This document shows positions 1 through 9,290 of a stretch of 64,000 nt of DNA, in pieces. Under the pieces are notes generated by a model. That model saw only the letters and a program-made list of their open reading frames with translations. It was not told the origin of the DNA and made no database searches. Each line of letters opens with the position of its first letter. Position 1 is the first letter of the stretch. Source of the DNA: Gemmatimonadota bacterium (lineage in GTDB: Bacteria; Gemmatimonadota; Gemmatimonadetes; Longimicrobiales; Gaopeijiaceae). Location of the stretch: the NCBI GenBank assembly GCA_039589315.1, contig JBDHHQ010000005.1:1-64000 (forward strand), written 5' to 3'. The position numbers were made by a program, and so were the translations under genes.

Positions 1-2
1 CG

Positions 3-332
3 CTGACGCTCATCCAGACGGGGAAGATCCGGAACTTCCCTGTCGTTCTGGTGGGGACCGAGTACTGGAGCGGCCTGTTGGAGTGGGTGCGGCAACGTAT
101 GGTCACGGAGGGCAAGATCTCCCCCGAAGACCTGGACCTGATCTACGTCACCGACTCCCCGCAGGAGGCGGTCTCCCACGTCGTGGAGCGGTACCGGAGT
201 GCCCGGCGCGCCCCGCGGGGGCCGGGGGACATCACCCGGCCTGGTCCCCGGCAAGGAGGGGCGTCGGCGTCACAGGAGGCGGACGGGGGCGTGGACCCGG
301 CCGGGGCCGACGGCGACGGACGGGTCACGTGA
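3..332 (+). CDS. LOG family (TIGR00730-like) protein, C-terminal part (5' truncated by window)
   Basis: Frame open from position 3: LTLIQTGKIRNFPVVLVGTEYW...EGKISPEDLDLIYVTDSPQEAV, typical LOG/YgdH C-terminus. Confidence 0.85.
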   Translation: MTLIQTGKIRNFPVVLVGTEYWSGLLEWVRQRMVTEGKISPEDLDLIYVTDSPQEAVSHVVERYRSARRAPRGPGDITRPGPRQGGASASQEADGGVDPAGADGDGRVT

Positions 333-1567
333 TCCAGTCGCCGCTGGCGCTCGCCGGGCTGGTTGCCGTGATGACGGCACTGGCCTTCTGGTTGGACCGG
401 CGGGTGGCCCCTCTCTCCCGGGTGGGAGCGTCCCTCATCGCCATCGTCCTGGGCGCCACATTGTCCAACACCGGCGTAGTGCCCGTGTCCTCGCCGGTCT
501 ATGACGCCATCGGCGGCCCGGTCACCTCACTGGCGATCGCATGGCTACTGCTGGCCGTGAACCTGAGCGACCTCAGGCGAGCCGGGAAGCGCATGGTGGG
601 CGCCTTCCTTCTCGCCGCGGCGGGCACCGCCCTGGGAGCGGCGGTGGGCGCCTTCGTGTTCGCCGGCACCTTCGCCGACGAGACATGGCGCCTGGCGGGA
701 ACCCTCACCGGGACGTACTCCGGCGGCTCCATCAACTTCGTTGCCGTGGGCAGGGGCCTGCAGCTGCCGGACGCCCTGTTCGCCGGTGCCACGGCCGCCG
801 ACAACCTGACCACCGGCCTCTGGTTGGGTGCCACCTTGATGCTGCCGCTCTGGCTGGGCCGTTTCTTTCCGACCGCCGTCCCCGGCACCGTAGGGGGCGA
901 GGGTGCCGGTCCCTCAGCCACCGAATCCGGTCACGCCGCGGGCGGGGAGGAGGGGCGTGGGGCCGAGCACGGCGCGGAGCACCCCGGGAGCGGCCAGGAG
1001 GGCGGCGCGTCCGAGCACCACCCGTTCTTCATCCAGGTTTCCCTTTCCACGCTCGATCTGGCGGTGCTGGTCGCCGTGGGATTCGCCCTGCTCCTGGCGG
1101 CCGAGTGGATGGGGTCCGTCGTGCCCGCAGTCCCTTCGGTCCTATGGCTGACCACGCTCGCGCTCCTGCTCGGCCACACGGCGCCATTCCGACGTCTCGT
1201 AGGCGCCATGCAGCTGGGCACGCTGGCGCTCCACTTCTTCTTCGTCATCATCGGGATCCACTCCCGCATCTCGGAGATCGTCGCAGTAGGCGCCGAGGTG
1301 TTCTTTTACACGCTGGTGGTGGTGGCCGTGCACGGCGTCGTGGTCTACGGCGTCGGTCGTGCAGCGCGTCTGGACGTGGGCACCCTGTCCGTGGCGTCTC
1401 AGGCGGCCGTTGGGGGACCGTCCAGCGCGCTGGCTGTGGCGGTATCCCGGGAGTGGCGGGCGCTCATCCTGCCCGGAATCATCGTGGGGCTGCTGGGGTA
1501 CGCCCTCGGGAACTACCTCGGATTCGGCGTGGCCTACCTGGTCAGGGGCCTGGGCGTGGGCCTGTAG
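329..1567 (+). CDS. DUF819 family multi-pass membrane protein
   Basis: GTG at 329 overlaps upstream TGA; many TM helices; GTYSGGSINFVAV and VASQAAVGGPSSA motifs. Confidence 0.8.
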   Translation: MIQSPLALAGLVAVMTALAFWLDRRVAPLSRVGASLIAIVLGATLSNTGVVPVSSPVYDAIGGPVTSLAIAWLLLAVNLSDLRRAGKRMVGAFLLAAAGTALGAAVGAFVFAGTFADETWRLAGTLTGTYSGGSINFVAVGRGLQLPDALFAGATAADNLTTGLWLGATLMLPLWLGRFFPTAVPGTVGGEGAGPSATESGHAAGGEEGRGAEHGAEHPGSGQEGGASEHHPFFIQVSLSTLDLAVLVAVGFALLLAAEWMGSVVPAVPSVLWLTTLALLLGHTAPFRRLVGAMQLGTLALHFFFVIIGIHSRISEIVAVGAEVFFYTLVVVAVHGVVVYGVGRAARLDVGTLSVASQAAVGGPSSALAVAVSREWRALILPGIIVGLLGYALGNYLGFGVAYLVRGLGVGL

Positions 1568-1672
1568 CCTCGGTCGGGGCCGGGACGACTCGACCCCGCT
1601 CGTACACGCCGAGCGGGTCCCCGGACTCGGGGCTCGGGCCCGGTCACCCAAGTGAGTGGCCGGGCCGGCGAG

Positions 1673-1688
1673 TGGCCCCACGGTTGCT
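1673..1688 (+). promoter_or_regulatory. candidate sigma54 -24/-12 promoter upstream of lipA-pdhABC (overlaps a possible sigma70 promoter TTGCTC-N18-TATTCT, 1684-1713)
   Basis: TGGCCCCACGGTTGCT has GG-N10-GC spacing and a TTGCT -12 box. Confidence 0.4.
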
Positions 1689-1802
1689 CGCAAATCGCGC
1701 GCCTGGTTATTCTAGTCCGCTCTGGACAGGCCCCTGGTTTGCCGGGAAGGGGCCTCCTTTCGCTTGGTTCCAACCGCTACGGGATCCCCCCGGAGGCACG
1801 TC

Positions 1803-2915
1803 TTGCGCAGCGATCTGGCCGAGGGTAAGGGAGGCTACGCCCCTGGCGGCAAGAACACCGGCGTCGTCAAGCCGAAGGGCTCGTCCCGCATTCGGGGTCA
1901 CGAGGGGCTGGCCACGATCCCGATGGGCTCCCGCAAGCCCGGCTGGATGAGGGTGAGCTTGGCGGGCGGGCGTAACTACGCGCGCCTGAAGCACCTGATG
2001 CGGAGCCAGGGACTGCACACGGTATGCGAGGAGGCCAACTGCCCCAACATGGGTGAGTGCTGGGAGGCCGGCACCGCCACCTTCATGATCCTGGGCGACG
2101 TTTGCACGCGCGCATGCAAGTATTGCGCGGTGGCCCATGGCATGCCGACGGAGCTGGATCTGGACGAGCCCCGCAGGGTGGCGGAGACCGTTGCCGCCAT
2201 GGAGCTCGCGCACGTGGTGATTACGTCCGTCAACAGAGACGAGCTGCCGGATGGCGGTGCGGACATCTACGCCGAGACGATCCGGCAGATCGGTCAGCGA
2301 CTCCCGGACTGTTCGGTGGAGGTGCTGATCCCGGACTTCAAGGGCTCCGAAGATGCGCTCACGACGGTCATGGACGCCGGACCCGACATCTTGGGCCACA
2401 ATCTCGAGACGGTGGCTCGCCTGCATCCCGACGTGCGGCCGGGAGGACGGTACTGGCGGTCCATCTCACTGCTCGGGGCTGCGAAGCGAGTCGGCCCGTC
2501 CCAGCTCACCAAGACGGGGATCATACTGGGTATGGGAGAGCAAGCGGACGAGCTGAGGCAGGCCATGGCGGATCTGCGCGAGGCGAGCGTGGACATCTTG
2601 ACGCTCGGGCAGTACCTCCGACCGTCGCTGTCCCACATTCCGGTGGCACGTTGGGTGACCCCCGACGAGTTCGATCACTGGAAGCGGGTCGGTGAGGATG
2701 AGTATGGGTTCAAGCACGTGGAGGCGGGGCCACTCGTCCGCTCCAGCTACCACGCCAAGGAACAGGCGCGGGAGCTCGAAGCCGGCGGTCCGGGATCCAT
2801 TCGCGAGGTGATGGAGGCTGACGTCCCGGCGCCGGCAGAACTGTCCGTCCAGGGTTTGGTAACCCTGACCATGGGCCGGCCGGGGGCACCCGCATCCAGC
2901 CGGGAAGGTGCCTGA
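1803..2915 (+). CDS. lipA: lipoyl synthase
   Basis: CEEANCPNMGEC (CX4CX5C), CTRACKYC radical-SAM motif, RSSY; TTG 1803 follows GGAGG (alternative start 1764). Confidence 0.95.
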   Translation: MRSDLAEGKGGYAPGGKNTGVVKPKGSSRIRGHEGLATIPMGSRKPGWMRVSLAGGRNYARLKHLMRSQGLHTVCEEANCPNMGECWEAGTATFMILGDVCTRACKYCAVAHGMPTELDLDEPRRVAETVAAMELAHVVITSVNRDELPDGGADIYAETIRQIGQRLPDCSVEVLIPDFKGSEDALTTVMDAGPDILGHNLETVARLHPDVRPGGRYWRSISLLGAAKRVGPSQLTKTGIILGMGEQADELRQAMADLREASVDILTLGQYLRPSLSHIPVARWVTPDEFDHWKRVGEDEYGFKHVEAGPLVRSSYHAKEQARELEAGGPGSIREVMEADVPAPAELSVQGLVTLTMGRPGAPASSREGA

Positions 2916-2918
2916 CGC

Positions 2919-4004
2919 ATGGCTGAAACCATGGCCGACAGATCGGAGATGAAAGGTACCGCACCGGCGGCACCGGACGAGCTGGCCGGGCTCGAGCCCG
3001 ATCTCGTGCTCGGGCTGCTCCAGGACATGCTGGTGTACCGCAGGTTCGAGGAGAAGGCCGAGGAGGCGTACGCCATCGGCAAGATCGGCGGCTTCTGCCA
3101 CCTGCACATCGGTCAGGAGGCGGCAGCGGCGGGCTCCATCGGCCCCCTTCGCGATGAGGACTACGTCATCACGGCGTACCGGGACCATACACAAGCGCTT
3201 GCCAAGGGCGTCTCCCCCAACGCGGTCATGGCCGAGCTCTATGGCCGCTCGGGCGGCGCCTCGGGCGGTAAGGGCGGCTCCATGCACATCTTCGGGGCCG
3301 CTCATGGGTTCATGGGCGGGCACGGGATCGTGGGCCAGCAAGCGGCGTTGGCCACCGGAATCGGTTGGGCCATAAAGTACCGCGAGCAGGATCGGCTGTG
3401 CCTCTGCTTCATAGGCGATGCTGCGGTGAACCAGGGCGTGTTTCACGAGTCGCTCAACATGGCGGCCATCTGGAAGTTGCCGGTGATCTTCGCGGTCGAG
3501 AACAACGCCTACGGCATGGGGACCGCCTTCTCCCGCGTTTCCACGACGGATATGAGCACGAAGGCCGTGCCCCACGGAGTCCCCGACAGCGCGGTGGACG
3601 GTCAGGACGTGGTGGCGACTTACACACACTTCCGGAACCTGGCCGCCGAAGTCCGTAGCGGCGGCGGCCCACGCTTCGTTGACGTGCAGACCTATCGGTT
3701 CAAGGGCCACTCCATGTCCGACCCGGTCTCCGGTACCTACCGGAGCAAGGAGGAGGTGGAGGGAAAGGTCACACAGTCCGATCCCATCAGGCTGCTCGCC
3801 GACCGTCTGAGGGCGGCGGGGCTCCTCGACCAACAGCGGCTGGAGGCGATGGATGTCGAGGCGCGCCGGATCTCGGCCGAGGCGGCCGACTTCGCCGAGG
3901 CGTCGCCGGTTCCCGATCCGAGGGCGCTCTACGACCACGTCTACGCCGAGATCAACGAGCACGGCCGCTTGTTCTTCGACGGTCGCGACCGGGGGGAGAA
4001 GTAG
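2919..4004 (+). CDS. pdhA: pyruvate dehydrogenase E1 alpha subunit
   Basis: GKIGGFCHLHIGQEA, YRDH, GKGGSMH, GDAAVNQG...ENN TPP motif, TYRFKGHSMSDP. Confidence 0.95.
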   Translation: MAETMADRSEMKGTAPAAPDELAGLEPDLVLGLLQDMLVYRRFEEKAEEAYAIGKIGGFCHLHIGQEAAAAGSIGPLRDEDYVITAYRDHTQALAKGVSPNAVMAELYGRSGGASGGKGGSMHIFGAAHGFMGGHGIVGQQAALATGIGWAIKYREQDRLCLCFIGDAAVNQGVFHESLNMAAIWKLPVIFAVENNAYGMGTAFSRVSTTDMSTKAVPHGVPDSAVDGQDVVATYTHFRNLAAEVRSGGGPRFVDVQTYRFKGHSMSDPVSGTYRSKEEVEGKVTQSDPIRLLADRLRAAGLLDQQRLEAMDVEARRISAEAADFAEASPVPDPRALYDHVYAEINEHGRLFFDGRDRGEK

Positions 4005-4006
4005 AC

Positions 4007-4987
4007 GTGCGAGAGATCACCTACCGGGAGGCCCTCAACGAGGCTCTGGCCGAGGAGATGGAGCGTGACGACTCCGTCTTCCTCATGGGTGAGGAGGTCG
4101 GCGAGTACGACGGCGCCTACAAGGTGTCCAAAGGCCTGCTCGACCGCTTCGGCGAAGGGCGCGTCGTGGACTCACCCATCTCCGAGCTCGGATTCGCTGG
4201 CCTGGGGGTAGGGGCGGCCATGGTGGGGCTGCGGCCGATCATCGAGTTCATGACGTTCAACTTCTCGATCCTGGCCCTGGACGCCGTCCTCAACAGCGCC
4301 GCAAAGATGCGGTACATGTCCTCGGGTCAGTACGAGATCCCCATGGTCTTCCGCGGGCCGACCGGCGCGGCGCTCCAGCTGTCGGCTCAGCACTCCCAGG
4401 CATGCGAGACCTGGTACGTCCACGCACCAGGCGTGAAGCTGGTCGTGCCGGCGACGCCGGCAGACGCCAAGGGACTCCTGAAGTCGGCCATCCGGGACCC
4501 CGACCCGGTCGTCGTGATGGAGGGAGAGCTGCTCTACAACCTGCGGGGCCCCGTCCCCGCTGGGGAGCACGTCGTGCCCCTGGGACTGGCGGACCTCAAG
4601 CGCGAGGGAGACGACGTCTCCATCATCACGCACGGCAAGATGGTGCACGTGGCCCTCCAGGCGGCGGCACGGCTGGCGAAGGACGGCATCGAGGCGGACG
4701 TCCTGGACCTCCGCTCGCTCCGGCCCCTGGACGCCGACGCCATCCTCGACACCGTGCGAAAGACCAACCGGGCCGTGTACGTCGAGGAGGGTTGGGCCTA
4801 CGTGGGCATCGGCGCGCAGATCGCCGCATTGATCCAGGAGGAGGCGTTCGACCACCTGGACGCACCCGTGTTACGGGTCACGCAAGCCGACGTGCCGATG
4901 CCGTACGCGAAGAACCTGGAGCAGCTCGCCAAGCCGAGAGCGAGCCAGGTCGTGGAGGCTTGCAAGAGAGTCCTTTATCTGAACTGA
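4007..4987 (+). CDS. pdhB: pyruvate dehydrogenase E1 beta subunit
   Basis: TYREALNEAL, GEEVGEYDGAYKVSKGL, DSPISELGFAG, AQHSQ. Confidence 0.95.
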   Translation: MREITYREALNEALAEEMERDDSVFLMGEEVGEYDGAYKVSKGLLDRFGEGRVVDSPISELGFAGLGVGAAMVGLRPIIEFMTFNFSILALDAVLNSAAKMRYMSSGQYEIPMVFRGPTGAALQLSAQHSQACETWYVHAPGVKLVVPATPADAKGLLKSAIRDPDPVVVMEGELLYNLRGPVPAGEHVVPLGLADLKREGDDVSIITHGKMVHVALQAAARLAKDGIEADVLDLRSLRPLDADAILDTVRKTNRAVYVEEGWAYVGIGAQIAALIQEEAFDHLDAPVLRVTQADVPMPYAKNLEQLAKPRASQVVEACKRVLYLN

Positions 4988-5052
4988 CGGGCGAGTCGCC
5001 GGGCGGCGAAGGCCCGTGCGACTCTTCTCCGAGCACCGAAGAGAATCCGGAT

Positions 5053-6345
5053 ATGGCGACGAAGGTGCATATGGAAGCCCTCTCTCCCACCATGGAAGAG
5101 GGCCAGGTGGTGAAGTGGCTGAAGGCTGAAGGCGACCCGGTCGCCAGCGGCGACATCCTTGCGGAGATCGAAACCGACAAGGCCACCATGGAGCTGGTGG
5201 CCAGGGGCGATGGTCAGCTCCGCAAGATCCTGGTGTCCGAAGGTGGAACGGCCCCCGTGGGCGAGGTCATCGCGGTCATCGCCACCGCTGACGAGGACAT
5301 CGCCGACCTGATCGGCAACGGTGGTCCGGCCTCGGCCTCGCCGTCTATCGCCAAGTCGGACCATGATATAGAGCCATCCGCCCAGACCGAGGCCGCCGTG
5401 CCGCCGGCACCGACGACCGCGGCGGAGCCCGGAGCCCGAGGCGGCGCCGCCGACGGTCGCATCAAGGTATCCCCACTGGCGCGACGGCTGGCCGGAGAGG
5501 CGGGTGTGGATCTGGCGACCGTGGCCGGCTCCGGACCCGGTGGCCGCATCGTGAAGCGAGACATCGAGGCGGCGGCGCTCGTCCTGGAGGCTGCTCCCAC
5601 GGAGGCGGTCCATGCAGCGCCGCTGGCGGGAGTGGTCTCTCCGCCAGCCGCCGCAGGGGACTTCGAAGACGTCCCGCTCAGCCAAATGCGCAAGGCCATC
5701 GCCCGTCGGCTGGTGGAGTCCATCGGGCCGGTCCCCCACTTCTACCTCACGGTCGACGTCGACATGTCTCGTTTGGGGGAGGCTCGGCAGCGGATCAACG
5801 GTCTCCTGGAGGCTCGAGGACGGAAGATCTCCATCAACGACATGATCATCCGGGCCACCGCCGCCGCCCTCCGCCAGCACCCCGACTGCAACGCCCACTG
5901 GGGCGGTGATCACGTCCGTCGTTTTCACCGCGTACACATCGGCGTCGCCGTGGCCATCGACGACGGGCTGATCACGCCGGTCGTTCGGGACGCTCACCTG
6001 AAGGGTGTGGCCCAGATCGGCGCCGAGGTACGGGAGCTGGCGGGCAGAGCCAGGGGGAAGAAGCTGCTTCCCGAGGAATACACGGGCGCGACATTCTCGA
6101 TCTCGAACCTCGGCATGCTGGGGATCCACGAGTTCACGGCCGTCATCAATCCGCCGGAGGCCGGGATCCTGGCCATCGGAGCTTTGGCGGACACGCCGGT
6201 GGTCGTGGACGGCGAGGTGGTGATCCAGCCCCGCATGCGCATCACGATGAGCTGCGATCACCGCGTGATCGACGGCGCCCAGGGAGCCCGATTCCTGGCG
6301 ACCCTCAAGGCGATGCTGGAGGAGCCAGCGGCAATGCTGATCTAG
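5053..6345 (+). CDS. pdhC: dihydrolipoamide acetyltransferase E2 (single lipoyl domain)
   Basis: ALSPTMEEG, lipoyl EIETDKAT, E3-binding SPLARRLA...GSGPGGRIVKRD, catalytic CDHRVIDGA. Confidence 0.95.
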   Translation: MATKVHMEALSPTMEEGQVVKWLKAEGDPVASGDILAEIETDKATMELVARGDGQLRKILVSEGGTAPVGEVIAVIATADEDIADLIGNGGPASASPSIAKSDHDIEPSAQTEAAVPPAPTTAAEPGARGGAADGRIKVSPLARRLAGEAGVDLATVAGSGPGGRIVKRDIEAAALVLEAAPTEAVHAAPLAGVVSPPAAAGDFEDVPLSQMRKAIARRLVESIGPVPHFYLTVDVDMSRLGEARQRINGLLEARGRKISINDMIIRATAAALRQHPDCNAHWGGDHVRRFHRVHIGVAVAIDDGLITPVVRDAHLKGVAQIGAEVRELAGRARGKKLLPEEYTGATFSISNLGMLGIHEFTAVINPPEAGILAIGALADTPVVVDGEVVIQPRMRITMSCDHRVIDGAQGARFLATLKAMLEEPAAMLI

Positions 6346-6493
6346 TGCACACACGAGCACGGGGCGCCACTGATCGCGCCAACGAGGGCTGAAGGACCGA
6401 GCGGCACCCGTCCGACCGCAAGGCGACGGGCTCGCCCGATCAGGCCGGTTCACGTCCTCGACGGAGGAGGTGTCCTTCGACTGGGTCGGAAGG

Positions 6494-6517
6494 GGACGGC
6501 TCGGTTCCGAGCCGTCC
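6494..6517 (-). terminator. perfect 11-bp inverted repeat between convergent pdhC and DUF2207 genes; terminator-like
   Basis: GGACGGCTCGG-TT-CCGAGCCGTCC, 17 nt past the DUF2207 stop; U-tract weak. Confidence 0.45.
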
Positions 6518-6534
6518 AGCACCGGACCCTCGGC

Positions 6535-8316
6535 CTACCAGCCCCCCCCGCCCCCACCCCCGAAGCCGCCGCCGCTGAACCCACCGCCCCCGCCTCCGCC
6601 GCCGAACCCCGATCCGCCAGCGCTGCGGGGCTGTGAGACCATGACGGATCCCACCCGAGTCGACCAGTCGGACATCCCCGCGACGAAGGCCGTAGTGCGG
6701 AAGCCGTGGCGGTAGGTGCCCACGTACCACTGCGGCGGATCCCGGTAGATGTCCTCGAACGCCCGGGCCCACTTGCGGTCTACGCCCAGCGCCATGGCGT
6801 ACGGGAGATAGCGCTCGAACAGCTCGGGGGAATCGATCATACGCCGGTACCGATCCGATTCCACCCGGTCCAGGAACTCTTGAAAGCCGAGGACCTCCTC
6901 CAGCTTCTTGCTGCCGCGCAGCGTCCTGGCGGGCATGACCAGCGCGAACCCCAGCACGGGGGCCGCCGTGAGCACCGCGGCGAGGATGGACCACCCGGTG
7001 GACAGGAACAGCACATTCGACACGGCGACCGCAAGGAACGAGCCCGCGATGAGGACCAGGAAGCCGATGACGATCCAGGTCGCGAGAACGTGGTCCGGCC
7101 TACGGTCGTACAGCCCGAGCTCCAGGAGCCGGGCGAAGATCCCGTCCCTGATGCCGGGCAGATCCTGGTAGAACTGGTCCTCCAGATCCGACATACGCAC
7201 CACGTCGCGGCTGCCGTCGGAGAAAAGCGCAGAGAGAAGGGCTCCTTCGTGGGCGTGCAGCTCCTGCCACGAGGTCGGGTCCCGGATCATCACGAACCGG
7301 TAGTCGGTGTCAGAGCCGAGCCCCAGGAACGTGTCCCTCTTCTCCTCCTCGATGCGGAGGTATCCCCTCACGGCCAGGTCGACGACCGCGGCCGTCACGT
7401 CCCGCAGGTCGGGCCGGTTGTCCACCAGAGTGCCCACTTCCGCGGGGCTGAGGTCGTCCGGCGGCTGGTAGAGTGGCACGATGGGACGGAGGGCGGGGTC
7501 ACGTCCCCGGGCCCTCCAGATCCGGTACATGGCCGCCAGCGACGCCAGGGGCAAAGCGAATAGCCAGTTGCTCCTCAGGAAGAACAGGAGCTTCTCGAGG
7601 AACCCCGGACGCGCCACGACGCCCGGCTCCCAGGCCACCGCTACCGTCAAGCCCTCACGGATGGAGAGCGGTCTGCCCGCCTCGAAATAGAAGCCCTCCT
7701 CTATTTCCTCCACGACGCCCCTTTCCGAGGCTCCGTAGTGCCCGACGAACGCGTTCGCCCTCCGGCCCCTCGCACCAGGAGGCAGCGCCACGAGCGCGCT
7801 GGCGGAGCGGATGGTGAAGGGCCATTCCGTGCCCGTCACGTTCCAGTAGAGCTCGTCGTGCTCGTCGAAGAACCTCAGGGCGTTGGGGATGCTGTAGCGG
7901 ATGTTCACCGTGCGCGTCGCGTCCTCCGCTCCCGGCACACGGATCTGGAGCTTCCTGGCCACACCGTCCCGGCTCTCCTTGTACCAGAGCTCCTCACCGG
8001 ACTGGCCGGTGACGCCCTCGACCTCGAGGAAGAGGCGGTACTGGAGCCCGTTGGCCCGTCGGTACTCGAGGGGGATGGTGCGGAAGATCCCGTTCCACCG
8101 CCCGCCAAACCTCACGCTGATGGACTCGAGGACCTCGATGTCGCCGTCGGCCCGGACCTCCACGTCCGCGTGGAAGCGCTCCAGCTCCAGGGAGCGCTCC
8201 TGGGCTGCGAGGTGCCACGCGCCGCCCGTCGCGAGGATCAAGACAGCGGTTCGGTGCGTCCAGCGGGTCGCGACGGCGACCCCGGAAGTCAGCGAGCGCA
8301 ACCGACGGGCGGTCAA
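6535..8316 (-). CDS. DUF2207 family membrane protein
   Basis: Signal peptide, DELYWNVTGTEW, LSPAEVGTL, VDLAVRGYL, FERYLPYAMALGV, Gly-rich tail GGGFGGGGGGGW. Confidence 0.9.
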   Translation of the reverse strand: MTARRLRSLTSGVAVATRWTHRTAVLILATGGAWHLAAQERSLELERFHADVEVRADGDIEVLESISVRFGGRWNGIFRTIPLEYRRANGLQYRLFLEVEGVTGQSGEELWYKESRDGVARKLQIRVPGAEDATRTVNIRYSIPNALRFFDEHDELYWNVTGTEWPFTIRSASALVALPPGARGRRANAFVGHYGASERGVVEEIEEGFYFEAGRPLSIREGLTVAVAWEPGVVARPGFLEKLLFFLRSNWLFALPLASLAAMYRIWRARGRDPALRPIVPLYQPPDDLSPAEVGTLVDNRPDLRDVTAAVVDLAVRGYLRIEEEKRDTFLGLGSDTDYRFVMIRDPTSWQELHAHEGALLSALFSDGSRDVVRMSDLEDQFYQDLPGIRDGIFARLLELGLYDRRPDHVLATWIVIGFLVLIAGSFLAVAVSNVLFLSTGWSILAAVLTAAPVLGFALVMPARTLRGSKKLEEVLGFQEFLDRVESDRYRRMIDSPELFERYLPYAMALGVDRKWARAFEDIYRDPPQWYVGTYRHGFRTTAFVAGMSDWSTRVGSVMVSQPRSAGGSGFGGGGGGGGFSGGGFGGGGGGGW

Positions 8317-8331
8317 GGCCCTACCGTCCGA

Positions 8332-8910
8332 TCAAGTCGTGGGTTGAGCGCTGTCGTCGTCGGCGTCGTCGCCGAAGCTCACCCGGGGGAGCGCTCGCTC
8401 CTCCTCGGGTAGCTCGAAGAACTCGCGCTCGCGGAAGCTGAAGGTCTTGGCCACGAGGTTGGACGGGACCTGCCCGATCTTCGTGTTGTAATCCCGTACC
8501 ACAGCGTTGTAGTACCGCCTCGACTGCTGGATGTGGTGCTCCAGGTCGCCGAGAGACTCCTGGAGGTCCGCGAAGCCCTGCGCCGCCTTGAGGTCCGGAT
8601 ACGCCTCGGACAGGGCGAAGAGCGACTTCAGGGCTCCGGCCAGCATGCCCTCTGCCTGGGCTTTGGCAGCGGGCCCCTGGGCCGACATGGCGCGAGAGCG
8701 GGCCTCAACGACGGCGTCCAACGTGTCGCGCTCGTGAGAAGCGTATCCTTTGACGGTCTCGACGAGGTTCGGGATCAGGTCGTACCGCCGCTTGAGCTGA
8801 ACGTCGATGTCGGCCCAGGCCCCGTCGGCTTCCTCCCGAAGACGAATGAGCCCGTTGTAGATCATCACGGCAGCGAGCAGGACCACGATCAATGCCACCA
8901 AAGGCCACAT
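8332..8910 (-). CDS. lemA: LemA family protein
   Basis: YNGLIRLR, AWADIDVQLKRRYDLIPNLVETVKGYASHE, EAYPDLKA, RRYYN. Confidence 0.95.
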   Translation of the reverse strand: MWPLVALIVVLLAAVMIYNGLIRLREEADGAWADIDVQLKRRYDLIPNLVETVKGYASHERDTLDAVVEARSRAMSAQGPAAKAQAEGMLAGALKSLFALSEAYPDLKAAQGFADLQESLGDLEHHIQQSRRYYNAVVRDYNTKIGQVPSNLVAKTFSFREREFFELPEEERALPRVSFGDDADDDSAQPTT

Positions 8911-9000
8911 GGAAGGAAACCCCGTTCATGAGGATGGTCGAAGCGCCGGCTGCCCCCCAACCCATCGCCCGAATGGTCGGGGGCGCCACGGCTCCGTAGA

Positions 9001-9200
9001 GGTTAGCTCATCGCTACTGTTTTCGCAGCGTTGCCGCCATCGGCGGATCGATCCCGGGCCGGGCAGCGGCCCTTTTCCGGCACAGCCGCCCGTGCCCAGT
9101 CGCAGCACCCGGAATACGGTGGCTGTGAAGGGGTTTCCGGCCAACGGCTCGATTGCAGCCGCCCACGTGCTCCGGTAACTTCGATGCTTCGCATTTGACC
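9001..9200 (+). ncRNA. candidate structured RNA (long rod-like hairpin, 6S-like size), unverified
   Basis: Colinear nested stems 9001-06/9195-200, 9009-13/9182-86, 9042-46/9159-63, 9047-51/9149-53, 9057-63/9136-42, 9070-74/9128-32, 9081-90/9118-27; G-U pairs favour the + strand. Confidence 0.3.
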
Positions 9201-9290
9201 GGTTTCGTCGAAGCACGGCGAGACTCCATGGGTAACGGCGACGGGGGCGCTGTCGGCCCCACGTCGATTCGACAACGAAATGAGGTGAGC

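Noticed and set aside
6535..6620. C-rich low-complexity repeat
   Set aside because: Encodes the normal poly-Gly tail of DUF2207 proteins
8979..9280. tmRNA or SRP RNA in the lemA-lpdA gap
   Set aside because: No tRNA-like 3' end or ALAA-type tag frame; SRP core motif (CAGG...GGAAG...AGCAG) absent
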